Shown: positions 47,780-58,367 of the stretch, one piece after another
How positions within the stretch are numbered: position 1 is the first letter of the stretch
Layout of the letters: the number at the start of each line of letters is the position of its first letter
Origin: an uncultured Treponema sp.
Lineage (GTDB): Bacteria; Spirochaetota; Spirochaetia; Treponematales; Treponemataceae
Assembly: GCA_947177175.1 (NCBI GenBank)
Contig: CAMWTK010000006.1
Coordinates: 1,039 to 65,038, forward strand
Direction: 5' to 3'
DNA length: 64,000 nt
Notes under the pieces: model-generated
What the model was told of the DNA's origin: nothing
What the model saw: only the letters and a program-made list of their open reading frames with translations
The model's database searches: none
Program-made: the position numbers and the translations under genes

Positions 47780-48964
47780 ATGACAACCGAACGCATGAAA
47801 AACCTGCATCCCTACGTGCCGGGCGAGCAGCCCAAGGACCGGGATTACATAAAGCTCAACGCGAACGAGAATCCCTATCCGCCGTCGCCGGTGGTGGCAA
47901 AGACGGCGGTGCGAGTCGCGCGCAAATACGCCGCACGGCTCGGCCTGTACCCCGACCCCGACTCGAACGCGCTCAAGTCCGCCATTGCCGCCATGCTCAA
48001 CCAGACGGGCGGCGTGCTGTGCCGCACGGAACTGCGCGGCGGCAAAAAGAACGGCAGCGGCGCGGTATGTTCGCCGTCGGCGCAGGACCGGATTCCGTTT
48101 GCCGTCACGCCCGATATGGTGTACTGCGGGAACGGCAGCGACGAGGTGCTGAGCTTCGTGTTCTACGCCTTCTTTGACAGCGACCGCCCGGTGGTGCTTC
48201 CGTCGTTCACGTACAGTTTTTATCCCGTGTACGCGGGCTTCTACGCGATTCCCCTGAACGCCGTTCCGCTCAAGGCCGACTGGTCGCTTGACACGCAGAA
48301 CATGCTCGCCGAGGCGAACGCGACGGACAGCGGCATCATTTTTGCCAATCCCAACGCGCCCACGGGAATCGGCCTGACCCGGGCGCAGGTGGACGCGATG
48401 ATACGCGCTGCCCCCCAGGACCGCGTGTTCGTGGTGGACGAGGCCTATGTCGATTTTGGCGGCGAGAGCTGCATTCCGCTGCTGGCGGAGCATAAGAACC
48501 TGCTGATCGTGCGCACGTTCAGCAAAAGCCTGTGCGGTGCGGGTATGCGCCTGGGCTATGTGGTCGCGTCTCCCGAACTGGTCGCCCATTTAACGACCGT
48601 CAAGAATTCGCTCAACCATTTTCCGGTCGATGTCATGGCACAGCGGCTCGGCATTGCCGCCTGCGGCGACGCGGGCTATTACGCCCGCTGCGCCCAGCTT
48701 ATTGTCCGCGAGCGCGACGATTTTACCGCGTTCCTGCGCGCGCGCGGGTGGTTTGTCCTGCCGAGCCGGACGAATTTCGTTTTTGCGAAGAAAGACGGCG
48801 TGCGCGCGGAAGCGGCCTACCGTGCCATCAAGGCGGCGGGCATTCTGGTGCGCCATTTTTCTGCGGCAGGAATCGAGGACTTCCTGCGCATTACGATCGG
48901 CACGCGCGCGCAGATGGACGCGCTCAAGGCGGTCATGGAACAAATAGATAAGGAGACGACATGA
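47780..48964 (+). CDS. hisC: Histidinol-phosphate aminotransferase
   Basis: KLNANENPY, GNGSDE, NPNAPTG, DEAY, RTFSK, GMRLGY. Confidence 0.9.
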   Translation: MTTERMKNLHPYVPGEQPKDRDYIKLNANENPYPPSPVVAKTAVRVARKYAARLGLYPDPDSNALKSAIAAMLNQTGGVLCRTELRGGKKNGSGAVCSPSAQDRIPFAVTPDMVYCGNGSDEVLSFVFYAFFDSDRPVVLPSFTYSFYPVYAGFYAIPLNAVPLKADWSLDTQNMLAEANATDSGIIFANPNAPTGIGLTRAQVDAMIRAAPQDRVFVVDEAYVDFGGESCIPLLAEHKNLLIVRTFSKSLCGAGMRLGYVVASPELVAHLTTVKNSLNHFPVDVMAQRLGIAACGDAGYYARCAQLIVRERDDFTAFLRARGWFVLPSRTNFVFAKKDGVRAEAAYRAIKAAGILVRHFSAAGIEDFLRITIGTRAQMDALKAVMEQIDKETT

Positions 48965-49650
48965 AATTTCTGGTACTTTCTGACATTCACGGCGACGTTG
49001 CCGCGCTTGACCGGCTGGACGTGGCGTTCGCGGAGGCGGACGCGGTGCTGTTCGGCGGGGATTTCGCGCAGTTCGCCCACACGGAGACGGCGTTGCCCGT
49101 GCTCAAAAAACTCTGCGCCAAGCACGAGGTCATATTCGCCGTGCTCGGCAACTGCGACGAACCCGCATTCCTCGCGCAGCTTGAGGACGCGGACATCAGC
49201 GTGCAGGGGAGCATCGTCTGGCATGACGGGCTTGCGTTTGCCGGAAGCGGCGGCGGCTCGCGCTTTACGGGCACGACACCGTTTGAGCGCGACGACGAGG
49301 AGCTTGCGGGCGACTTTGCCGTGGTGACGGATGCGCCGGAGGGCGCGGACGCTGACGGACATTGGAACAACCTGCTGCTCATCATGCACAACCCGCCCAA
49401 GGACACGGCATGCGACCTGCTCCCGAACGGCGTTCACGTGGGAAGCGCGTCGCTCCGCGCGTTCATCGAACAGACCGCGCCGCTCGTCGTCGTCACGGGG
49501 CATATCCATGAGAGCGCGGGAATCGACCATATCGGCTCGACCACCGTCATCAATCCCGGCTCGCTTGCCGAAGGCAAGTATGGCTGGCTGGAATGCGAAA
49601 AAAACGCTGACGGCTGGCACGTGACCAAAGCCGAGCTGCGGACGCTGTAA
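48961..49650 (+). CDS. Calcineurin-like metallophosphoesterase
   Basis: SDIHG, GGD, GNCD, HNPP, GHIHE. Confidence 0.9.
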   Translation: MKFLVLSDIHGDVAALDRLDVAFAEADAVLFGGDFAQFAHTETALPVLKKLCAKHEVIFAVLGNCDEPAFLAQLEDADISVQGSIVWHDGLAFAGSGGGSRFTGTTPFERDDEELAGDFAVVTDAPEGADADGHWNNLLLIMHNPPKDTACDLLPNGVHVGSASLRAFIEQTAPLVVVTGHIHESAGIDHIGSTTVINPGSLAEGKYGWLECEKNADGWHVTKAELRTL

Positions 49651-49653
49651 GGA

Positions 49654-50622
49654 TTACGGCACTGTCCGGCAAAAGCGGAATCCCATGTAATTGTAGCATT
49701 CGTTGGGGTCGTAGTTGTAGCGGTCGCCCGCATAGGCAAACGGGTTGTACGCGCTCCAGCTGCCGCCCCGGCTGACGCGGCTGCTGCCCGCCGCCGCCCC
49801 GATGGCGCGTTTTTCCGGCGGTATCTCAATATACGTTCCGTACCAGTCCCAGCAGAATTCAAGGATATTGCCGCTCATGTCAAAAAGCCCCGCGCCGTTG
49901 GGGTTGCCGCCGCCGGGCGCGGGCGGCGCGTCGTCCGTGAACGGCGAGCCAGCCGTGCCGACGATGTGCGTGCCGTCCGTGTTCGCCGCCGTCCAGGCAA
50001 CCTCGTCTTCGGGAATGTCTACGTCGTCGTGACCGTCCGCATCCACCTGCCCGCTGCACAGCGCGCCGCTCTGAAAACCGGCCGCCGTCTTGCGCGCGGC
50101 GTACTCCCATTCCGCCTCGGTGGGAAGCCGCCAGCCGTTCGCGGCCCAGTTGCATTCCGCCAGGTCAAGGTGCGACGTATCGCTCGAATCCTTGATGACC
50201 GCGCCCTTGTACGTGTAGCACGGCTTGTAGCCGCAGTATTCGCTGAACGCGTTGCACCAGACCACCACGTCGTACCAGGAGACCATCGTGACGGGGTGGT
50301 GCAGCCCTTTTTTGGTGGGAGCCGCCCCGCGCCGTCCGTCCGAGCCTTCCTGCCCCGGGTGCATGAACACGTAGCCGCGCTTTTCCGCGTCGGTGCGGAT
50401 AAGATACCACAGCGCGTAGGTCGTCTCATAGCGGTTCATGGCGAACGGCGCGACCCAGCGTTGCGCGGTGTACGACTGGCTGCCCTCGCCAATGACGAAC
50501 GTGTCGAAGCCCTCCCGCGCCGCAGGACCGAGCCGCACGGCATCGACCGGATTAAACGATTTCTGCGCGGCGCACCATGCCGCCGAAAGCAGGCAGAACG
50601 CCACTGCAATGATATGTTTCAT
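49654..50622 (-). CDS. Secreted FGE-sulfatase/SUMF1 (CLec-fold) domain protein
   Basis: YETT, PVTMVSWYD, RLPTEAEWEYAAR, DMSGN, RGGSW, GFR. Confidence 0.88.
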   Translation of the reverse strand: MKHIIAVAFCLLSAAWCAAQKSFNPVDAVRLGPAAREGFDTFVIGEGSQSYTAQRWVAPFAMNRYETTYALWYLIRTDAEKRGYVFMHPGQEGSDGRRGAAPTKKGLHHPVTMVSWYDVVVWCNAFSEYCGYKPCYTYKGAVIKDSSDTSHLDLAECNWAANGWRLPTEAEWEYAARKTAAGFQSGALCSGQVDADGHDDVDIPEDEVAWTAANTDGTHIVGTAGSPFTDDAPPAPGGGNPNGAGLFDMSGNILEFCWDWYGTYIEIPPEKRAIGAAAGSSRVSRGGSWSAYNPFAYAGDRYNYDPNECYNYMGFRFCRTVP

Positions 50623-51596
50623 GGCTTGCTTCTCCGTGTGCGTTTGTTTTTCTTGAAAGGCGATACTTCCAGCAGGATATAGGCGACGGTAAAGCTCACG
50701 GCGCACAGCCCCGTTATGGCGATCGCGCCCGCCCAGCTTGCGGCGTTCCCCCAGGGCAGGCGGATATTCATGCCCATAAAGCTGGTGATAATCGTGGGGA
50801 TTGCCAGCGCGATTGAGAACACGGTGAGCCGCTTCATCACCATGTTCATGTTGTTGCTGATGACCGACGCGAACGTGTCCATCGTGCCGACCGTAATCGT
50901 GCTGTAGGTGTCCGCCATCTCCATTGCCTGCCGCGAATCGATTTCCACGTCGTCCAGCCATTCGCGGTCGTCGCCGTCGAGCGTGAGGATGCGGGTCTTG
51001 CGGATTTTTTCGAGCAGCTGCTGGTTCGACCGCAGCGACGTGGCGAACGTGGTGAGCGACTTTTCCATGTTGAGCAGCTGAATCAGCTCGCTGTTCGCCA
51101 CTGCCTCCTGCAATTCCTGCTGAATGCTGACGGTGCGGCGGTAAATCTCTTTCAGGTAGCGCAGGAACATCGTGTGGGCGCGGCTCAGAATCCTGATGAT
51201 GAACGCCGGAAAGTCGTCCAGCGTCAGGTCCTTGATCCTGTTCGCGGAGATGTCTTTCAGCACCTCGCAGTCCGTCCAGCAGATCGTGATAATCCAGTTA
51301 GGGAGCATGATGATTCCCACGGGCGCGGTAAAGTACTGCGGCGTCGCCTTGGGGTTGAACACGGGCAGGCGGAGAATGGCGGTCACGCAGTCGTCGTCCT
51401 TTTCGATGCGGGAAAGTTCGTCGGGGTCAATGATGTCGAGCAGTTGCTCATGGTCAATGCGGTACGTCTCCTCCAGCTCGTGCATATCCTCGGCAGTCAC
51501 GCTGCGGGCATCCACCCAGGCACGTCGTTTTGAGTCGATTTCTTCCCGTTCCTTGCGGACGAACATGCCGTCATCCTGCTGCCACAGATACACCAT
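50619..51596 (-). CDS. corA: CorA family Mg2+ transporter
   Basis: ISNNMNMVMKRLT, GMN signature, two C-terminal TMs. Confidence 0.9.
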   Translation of the reverse strand: MVYLWQQDDGMFVRKEREEIDSKRRAWVDARSVTAEDMHELEETYRIDHEQLLDIIDPDELSRIEKDDDCVTAILRLPVFNPKATPQYFTAPVGIIMLPNWIITICWTDCEVLKDISANRIKDLTLDDFPAFIIRILSRAHTMFLRYLKEIYRRTVSIQQELQEAVANSELIQLLNMEKSLTTFATSLRSNQQLLEKIRKTRILTLDGDDREWLDDVEIDSRQAMEMADTYSTITVGTMDTFASVISNNMNMVMKRLTVFSIALAIPTIITSFMGMNIRLPWGNAASWAGAIAITGLCAVSFTVAYILLEVSPFKKNKRTRRSKP

Positions 51597-51734
51597 AAGA
51601 GTATTGTACCGCCCAAAACGGACAGAATGCAAGACAAAACCGACGATTTTTATGAAAATACTGACCTTTTTGTGATTTTTCGCATTTCCGCGTCTATAAC
51701 AGGGAGCAAGGAAAAATGGAAGGAGCAGGAACAG

Positions 51735-52481
51735 ATGATGAAAAGCAGAAAGACGGCGGCATTGCCGCCCGCGCAGGATGAGACTGTTGCCGCGCTGCTT
51801 GCGGCGGTCGCGCGGAATGGCGGCACTTTGACGGCGGCGGTATGGCAGGACGGCACGTGCTCGCTTGCCGTCACGGGCTGCCGTCCCCAGGCAGTCGCGT
51901 CCGGCGAGCGGTGTGCCGTCTCGCTCAGCGGCGGCGAGGACGGCTTTGAGGTGGCGGTGCGCGCCGTCGTGCCACCAGCGGATATGGCAGAAAACGCGGC
52001 GGCTGCGGCAGACGTGCTGTTTGCCGTGCGCGACGCGCTTGCCCCCTGCGGCGCGTCGGTGCTGCGCGGGGAGGCGGACGGCGAAGCGGGTGCGGTCACC
52101 GTGCGCTGGTACGTCGGGCATGACGCGCTCGGCCTTGCGCTCAGGCTGTGCGCGGAACAGGCAGGGGTGTGCGGCTGGAGCGAGCGCGCCTTTGCGGTGC
52201 GCGGCAGGGCTGACGGCTGTGACGTGGCGCTGACCTTTGTGGCGGGACGGCGGTCGCCCGGAACGCCGTCGCTGCTGTGGACGCTCGCCCGGTATGCGCC
52301 GCTGTTTGCTCCCGCCGCCCTCCTGCCGCCAGCGGTCGTGCGTCCGCGCCATGCCGCCGCAGCACCGCAACCCGCCCGCGACAAAATCGGCGAGGTCAGG
52401 CGGCTGGACGGCGTACGCTATGCCTATTATCGCTTGGACAGCGGCCGCGTCGTCTGCGAGGCGGATCGCGCCGACGGCTAA
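51735..52481 (+). CDS. Hypothetical Ala-rich protein
   Basis: AGGAG upstream; very GC-rich, no recognisable motif. Confidence 0.5.
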   Translation: MMKSRKTAALPPAQDETVAALLAAVARNGGTLTAAVWQDGTCSLAVTGCRPQAVASGERCAVSLSGGEDGFEVAVRAVVPPADMAENAAAAADVLFAVRDALAPCGASVLRGEADGEAGAVTVRWYVGHDALGLALRLCAEQAGVCGWSERAFAVRGRADGCDVALTFVAGRRSPGTPSLLWTLARYAPLFAPAALLPPAVVRPRHAAAAPQPARDKIGEVRRLDGVRYAYYRLDSGRVVCEADRADG

Positions 52482-52534
52482 GGATGCCGTCCACCGCACG
52501 GCACAAGGACACGGAGAGAATGAGGAGATTTTCG

Positions 52535-52999
52535 ATGAAAAAACGGTATGACAAGAGACTGACGTGCGCCGCCTGCGCACTGCTGGCGTTTTTGACCGGC
52601 TGTGCCACGCTCGGCCCGTTCGGCTGCCCGTATGAGGTGGCGGACACGTATATGGAAGTGGGGGAGCGCGCGGGAATCCACCACCTTGCGGGGCTGTGCC
52701 TGACGCTCCATAACGGAACGGAAAAGCCCGTGCGCGCGTTCACGGTGTCGCTCCAGCTCTCTGACGCGGACGGCGCAAGCCCGTTTGACGGCGCGGACAG
52801 TATGACTGTCCCGTGCGCGGCGGACATCAAGCCCCGCTCGCAGGCGACGTGCGTCATCAGCCTGGATTCCTTTCTCCCCGACGCGCCCGCCGAGCCGTAT
52901 GCGGTTGACTGCCTCTACCTGCGCGAAATCAACTACGCGGACGGCACCCGCTGGCGCGACCCGTTCGGTATGTACGCGCAGGACGGGTACGAGGAGTGA
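52535..52999 (+). CDS. Hypothetical lipoprotein
   Basis: GAGGAG RBS, FLTGC lipobox, Ig-like beta pattern. Confidence 0.75.
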   Translation: MKKRYDKRLTCAACALLAFLTGCATLGPFGCPYEVADTYMEVGERAGIHHLAGLCLTLHNGTEKPVRAFTVSLQLSDADGASPFDGADSMTVPCAADIKPRSQATCVISLDSFLPDAPAEPYAVDCLYLREINYADGTRWRDPFGMYAQDGYEE

Positions 53000-53066
53000 G
53001 GATGCCGCGAGGCTGACGGGGATACGCAGTTTTGTTCTGAGCTTTGGTTTTGAACGAAACTGCGTT

Positions 53067-53861
53067 TTATGCCATGTGGGGTTGAAGCCGGGTTGCAAGT
53101 TCCGTGACTTTCTCAAGGGAAAGGGACAGGCACTCCGCGATGTCTTCTAAAGTCATTTTGCCTTTGGCGATGAGTTTTTCCGCCGATTCGATTTTGTCTT
53201 CTTCAATCAGCTCTTCCATTGCCTTGCACATAGTGGTTACCCCCTTCTGGTCTTGTTTTAGGTATCTTGCCCTTTCTGCAAGAACCTTGTATTTCATGTC
53301 GTCAGGATTTACGCATGAGAAATCGTGCATAAGATTTCCGACGGCCGTGTCCTCTCTGTTTTCTCCGTTCACATAGACGATATGCGCGCCATCATTGAAA
53401 CGGAGTCCGTTTTCTACAATCGTCCGCTCAATGTGGTAGAGCGGAAGCCCATAGCCAAACACGTCACTTTCCGCGATAAAGATTACATACGATTCCGGGA
53501 GTTTTTCGCCGTACTTCCCCGAATCAGCCACATTCGCGTCCATAAGCGCGGAATTGTACCTTGCCCTTCTTGCGCCGGCTCCGCTTTCAGCCCGCTGAAT
53601 TTCAATGTCGTAGAGCCTTTTTGCCTCGTCCTCAGCCTGAATGTCAAGCCGAACAGAGCGACCTTGTAGGTTCTTGATACTTCTCTGGCTGATTGATTTT
53701 GTTGCCCGAATAGTCGGATTCTCCATAATGACTTGAAGAAGAAGCGAAGTTGCCGCTAAGTCGTCCTCAAAGAACTTCGTCATATAATCGTCGTCAAAAA
53801 GTCTGAAGTTCCTGATTTTGTCAAGAATCTTTTTCCTTTTCGGGTCGTTTACCTCAGCCAT
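53067..53861 (-). CDS. Rpn/YhgA-like PD-(D/E)XK nuclease family protein
   Basis: DDDYM, SVRLDI, YDIEIQ, RARYN, YVIFI; low GC. Confidence 0.85.
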   Translation of the reverse strand: MAEVNDPKRKKILDKIRNFRLFDDDYMTKFFEDDLAATSLLLQVIMENPTIRATKSISQRSIKNLQGRSVRLDIQAEDEAKRLYDIEIQRAESGAGARRARYNSALMDANVADSGKYGEKLPESYVIFIAESDVFGYGLPLYHIERTIVENGLRFNDGAHIVYVNGENREDTAVGNLMHDFSCVNPDDMKYKVLAERARYLKQDQKGVTTMCKAMEELIEEDKIESAEKLIAKGKMTLEDIAECLSLSLEKVTELATRLQPHMA

Positions 53862-54126
53862 TCTCACACCCCTGCACAAGAAAGCTCATGATAGTGGTCG
53901 TGTATGCGGACTCGTCTCCCGTGCATTCCTGTATGAGGTATGTTCCCGCGTCAAAAGACTGCGCCTGCATGTTTTTAATGAGTGCGGGAACGCTCTCGGC
54001 AGTGCCGATGATGCGTTCATCCCTGATGGCAAGGAATGCGTGTCCGTTCTTGGCGAAAAAATCTTCGTTTATGTCTTTGAAAAACTGAAAGTCTTTTTCT
54101 TTCTGCGTTTCCGTATACCCGTTCAT
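53854..54126 (-). CDS. Small hypothetical protein, overlapping the Rpn start
   Basis: GGAGGG RBS, TGCTATAAT upstream, YLIQECTGDESAY motif. Confidence 0.7.
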   Translation of the reverse strand: MNGYTETQKEKDFQFFKDINEDFFAKNGHAFLAIRDERIIGTAESVPALIKNMQAQSFDAGTYLIQECTGDESAYTTTIMSFLVQGCENG

Positions 54127-54177
54127 GGCGACCCTCCGCACGATTATAGCATGAATGCTTGCGCAAAACAACCGTCG

Positions 54178-54226
54178 CGCAGACAGAAACGCCGGGGGGT
54201 GGGGAAGTCGGGAGGAAGCCGACAGC
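54178..54226 (+). repeat. About 50 bp dispersed repeat, copy 2
   Basis: CGCAGACAGAAACGCCGG...GGGAAGTCGGGAGGAAGCCGACAGC. Confidence 0.6.
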
Positions 54227-54342
54227 CCCCGCGCACCCCGGCGCAGATTACGGAATTGCCACCACGCGGGCAGGACTGCTCCGCAAGGAACGCCTGCCCG
54301 CACTGGCTGCCGTGCAATGCTCCGCACGGCGGGAGAGCGTGG

Positions 54343-57300
54343 TTAGTTGTAGGTTACTGTTACGCTCGGCGTGTAAGCCTGTCCGCTGCACAGGAATTTC
54401 AATGTCGCCGCGCCGCCGGTATAGTTGAATGCGTATGTTCCTGTTTTGTCCTCAGTAACCACCACGCTTTGTGAGGCAGGAGTGATTGTTCCTGCATTTT
54501 CAGTTTCAACAGAAGCAGCCATGTTGCCACTGGAATACGTTGACCCTGTGAAAGTGACCGTGCAGTTGCCGGAGACTTTCAGCAACAGATACCCGTTATT
54601 CTTGATAACGACACCATAGCTGTGTGCTATAATCTGATTTTCCTTGTCCCCTACAAACTCCAGTCCGTTTAAAGCCAGTATGGAAGTTGCGTGAGTGGTT
54701 TTGTAATCGGCGGCGAAATCGTATGTTCCTTTCGCATACACTTTTTCGCCGTTGTTGGCGACCACTTGAATGCTGTGCAGGTAGGCTTCGTTTGCGCCCG
54801 CGTTTGTGAACGTAATGTCAGCAGCTGCTCCCGTATATGTATACGTCAGCTCCGCGTTCTCTCCTGTCGCAAGCGTCATTTGAGAACCGTCTGTTGTCCA
54901 GCCATTCTCCGTGTGGTCTCCATAGGCACAGCAGCCAAAGGTGATTGTGCTGTCGCCGGTCACATGGATGGTGATTGAACCGCCATTTGCTATGCCCCAC
55001 CCGTGCTGAGCACCGTTATAAACGGTGTTTTTCGAGGAGAATACTCCATAAGTCACCGGCTGTGCCATTGATTTTCGTGAAGTCAATCTTGTAGGTTGCC
55101 GGTGTCGCGCTGTCGCTGACATGCACCGTGCAGGTCGCCGTCTGCTCTTTCACGCTTTCGGTCGCGGTAATCGTCGCCTCGCCCATGCCGACTGCGGTGA
55201 CCGTTCCGTCCTGCGCGACCGTCGCAATCTTGTCGTCGGAGCTTTTGTAGGTAACGGTTGCCTTGTTCGCGTCCGCGCCGGTCAGAGTCGCTGTCTGCTT
55301 GTACGTTTTGGTGCCGTTCAAGTCAAGGTCGGCTTTTTCTGTTGCGAACTCAATGCTGATGTCCGCCACAGGCGGTGTGTACTGCTCAAGTTTGATGTAG
55401 CCGATGTAGACATCGTTGCTTGAGGAAATCGCGATGTCGGTTACGTCGTCCTTGGCATACTTCACGGTGTACGAGCCATTGTTCTCATCAAAGTTTGTGT
55501 ATGAGTCGTAGGTAGTAATCATGCCATCAGAGAAGCGGACGGCGATGTACCGTGAGCCTCCGCATTTTTTGCTTTCATGGACGGTCACGCTGAACGGTCC
55601 CTGTACGCCTTTGAGCAGCAGCGCGTCCTTGGTGGGCATATTGTTCCCGTCCTGTTCGGCAGTGCCTTTGTAGTCCCACTGGTTATTGTTGCCGATTGTG
55701 TTGTGCTTGTTGCCCTTTGCCTTGAAGTAGGTGCTTGTCAGTTGCGGCTGGTTATGCTCTTTGAGCAGCGTGATGTATTTTCCGCCTGTTCCCAGCGTGG
55801 TGCTGAACGCTTCGGTCGTCGTAGAGCCGACGTTGTAGTCGCGCGCAGGACCGCTGTCTTTTGTGCCGCTGAGCAGGGAGTCTTTTGATTCGCTGTTCGG
55901 TCCGATGAAAGAGAACGTGTAGCCCTCCGCAGGGATTGCGCCCACGGTCTTTCCGTCGTCGGTGACCGTAATGGTGATGCTTGCCGGTGTCGCATCCGGG
56001 TAGGCGATTGACGCTGCGGTAATCGTCACCATGCCGGTCTTTTCGGCGTAAATGCCGATTGTCTCTGCCGTTGCGGCTGCGTCGCCTGACCATTCAGCTT
56101 TCGCTTCGCCCTTTGCGTCATTGTAGAACACAATGCCGTCGGTAGCAGTCCATTTTACGCGCCGGTCGGTGACGTTTTCTGTTCCGTCGGCAGCGAGCAG
56201 CTGTGCGGTAATCCACTGCACGTCGCCCACCACCATGGCTTTGTCGCTGACGGACTCAAGGCTTACCTTGCTTGCCTTTACGGCCGTTTTGTACACGTGC
56301 GTCGTCGCGCTGTCGCTTGTCCCGTTTGCCGACGTTACGGTTATGGTAACGTCGCCCTCTACGTTGGGCTTTGCGGTGACCGTTCCGTCTGCAACGGTGG
56401 CAAAATCGCTGCCGGCGGTAATGCTGAACGTGAACGTGTCGCCGTCGGTGAAAGAGCTTGCCGTGAATTTCGTGGATTTCAGGCTGTCGTCGTCGCCCAC
56501 AAGGTACGGGACGAACACCGGCTCAATGAACACGTTTTTCTTGGATTCGTCGGCAGTCGCATTGAATACCGTCTCAAACGCGCTGATGTTCCAGATATTC
56601 GCCTTGGTCTCATACGCGCCGGTCTCGATGTTGTAGTTGCGGTTGAAGATGACATGCCGCCCGTTGTACTCACGCTTTGCGATGCGCTCGGACAAATCCC
56701 ACGTGTCTTTCAGTCTTCCGCTGGTATCTACGGGCGTTCCGTTCATCGTGTTGTTGTAGTCCTTGTAGCCGACCGCCGCATCGCCTTTCACGTCCGCTTC
56801 GTTTGTGCCGGCAGCCGTTCCCCACAATTTGGCGTTCAGCGTACCCTTGCCGCTAAAGCGGTTGTTCAGCACCGTCGCCTGCGTGTCGCTTCCGCTGTTG
56901 CGTCCGTAGTTTGCCGTGCAGCCTTCTTCAATCGTAATGTCGTTGTTCAGCAGGACAAAGCCCTTGCCGATTTTGTTGCCGGTAACCGGCGTGCGTGAGG
57001 CAAAGATGTGCGCCTGATTCTTTTTTCCGTCCGCGCGGCATACGATGTTGCACTCCTCGAACAAAGCCACGTCGATGTAGCCCCAGATGAAGTCAACGTC
57101 GCCGTCAATATAGCATTTATAGAACCATGCGCGCCCGCCGTTGTTGCCGAGCAGCAGCGTGTCCTGGTAGCTGGAGAATGAGGAGTTGTACACCACAAGG
57201 TCTTTCGCGCAGTCAAAGTACAGCGTCTCTGCTTGCACGTCCTCAGTGCCCGTGCGCGTCGTTGTGTTGACAAAACTCATGTGCTTGATGACGAGGTTTC

Positions 57301-58176
57301 CGCCCTGCCACATGAACGTTTGGCGTGAACGCTGCGTGTTGCCCGCCTTGCCTGATTCTTCGCCCAGTTTCTGAGCGTTGCGCCAGTACACGACCGTATC
57401 GCGTCCGAGGTTGCTTTCATCGCCCTCAATCGTCACGTTCGCGTCGCCCACGTATGCAAGCAGCTCATGGTAGCTTCCTGCCGCCACCTTGATGGTCCAG
57501 TCGCCTGTGCCGTTGGTCTTTTTGATGTGGTTGAGCGCGCCCTGAATCGTGAAGAAGTCGCCGCTCCTGCCGACCGTAATCGTGTGGTCGGAGATTGTCT
57601 TGGCCGCGCCGACCGTGAACGTCCACCCGTCTTTTGCAATGCCGCTGAAGTCCGCGCCGCTCACTTTTCCTTGTAGCAGACCGTCTTCAACGACGACGGA
57701 GTAGGTTTTCCCCGCGCTAAGGATTGCATAGCCGTCGGTGGTCACGTGCGGCTTGATGATGACCGTCTTGCCGCTTACGGTAATCAGCTGGTCATCAACG
57801 TTGAACAACTGGTAATTCTTGTTGACGGAATAATACGTTTCGCCTTTTGGATTGATGGTATCTACGAGCGTGTCGCCGTCGTAAATCATCACCGTACCCG
57901 TCGTGCCAATGGTCGGCACGTCGTCAAACTGGATAGCAAGAATGGTGTCTGCGTAGGCAGCCGTCTCGCCGTTCTTCGGAAAATAAGTACCCTCGCCCAC
58001 ATTGATGGCAGGAATGTCTATCGATGGTGTCTGCGTGGAAGTGACCGGCGGTGTGTTTGGTGTGTCACCTTCCCCGTCATCCCCGCTGGAGCAGGCTAGA
58101 AAATACCCCCCCCCATGATGGCGAGCGCAGCCATGCCCGCGAGCATGCCGTGCCTGAACGTCCTCGTTCTTTTCAT
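54343..58176 (-). pseudogene. Pectin methylesterase (CE8) lipoprotein with Ig-like domains, broken by two frameshifts
   Basis: AAGGAG RBS plus MKRTR signal at 58176; G9 tract at 58106-58114; QDTLL and DFIWG motifs; second shift near 55050. Confidence 0.8.
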
Positions 58177-58367
58177 ACGTTTCTCCTTGTCTGGCACATA
58201 TATGCGGAATGCGTCCCGCACGTGCCATTACGGTAGTATAGCACGGCTTCATGGTAATTTTCCGACCTAAAACGGTATTTTTACGCGGTTTTCGCGCACC
58301 AATCGCACGGCAAACGCCCCGTTCCCCTGCACCGTGCGGTATTTGATGACCTTGCGCCCATACCACG

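Noticed and set aside
47980-48120. About 30 aa insertion in HisC
   Set aside because: In frame, with no intein or intron signatures; probably a lineage-specific loop.
49654-49790. DGR variable region in the FGE/CLec protein
   Set aside because: The fold matches DGR targets, but there is no template repeat, reverse transcriptase or downstream hairpin in the window and codon use is ordinary; a distant TR cannot be excluded.
53067-53861. Active transposon
   Set aside because: No terminal inverted repeats or target duplication seen; Rpn proteins are not demonstrated transposases.
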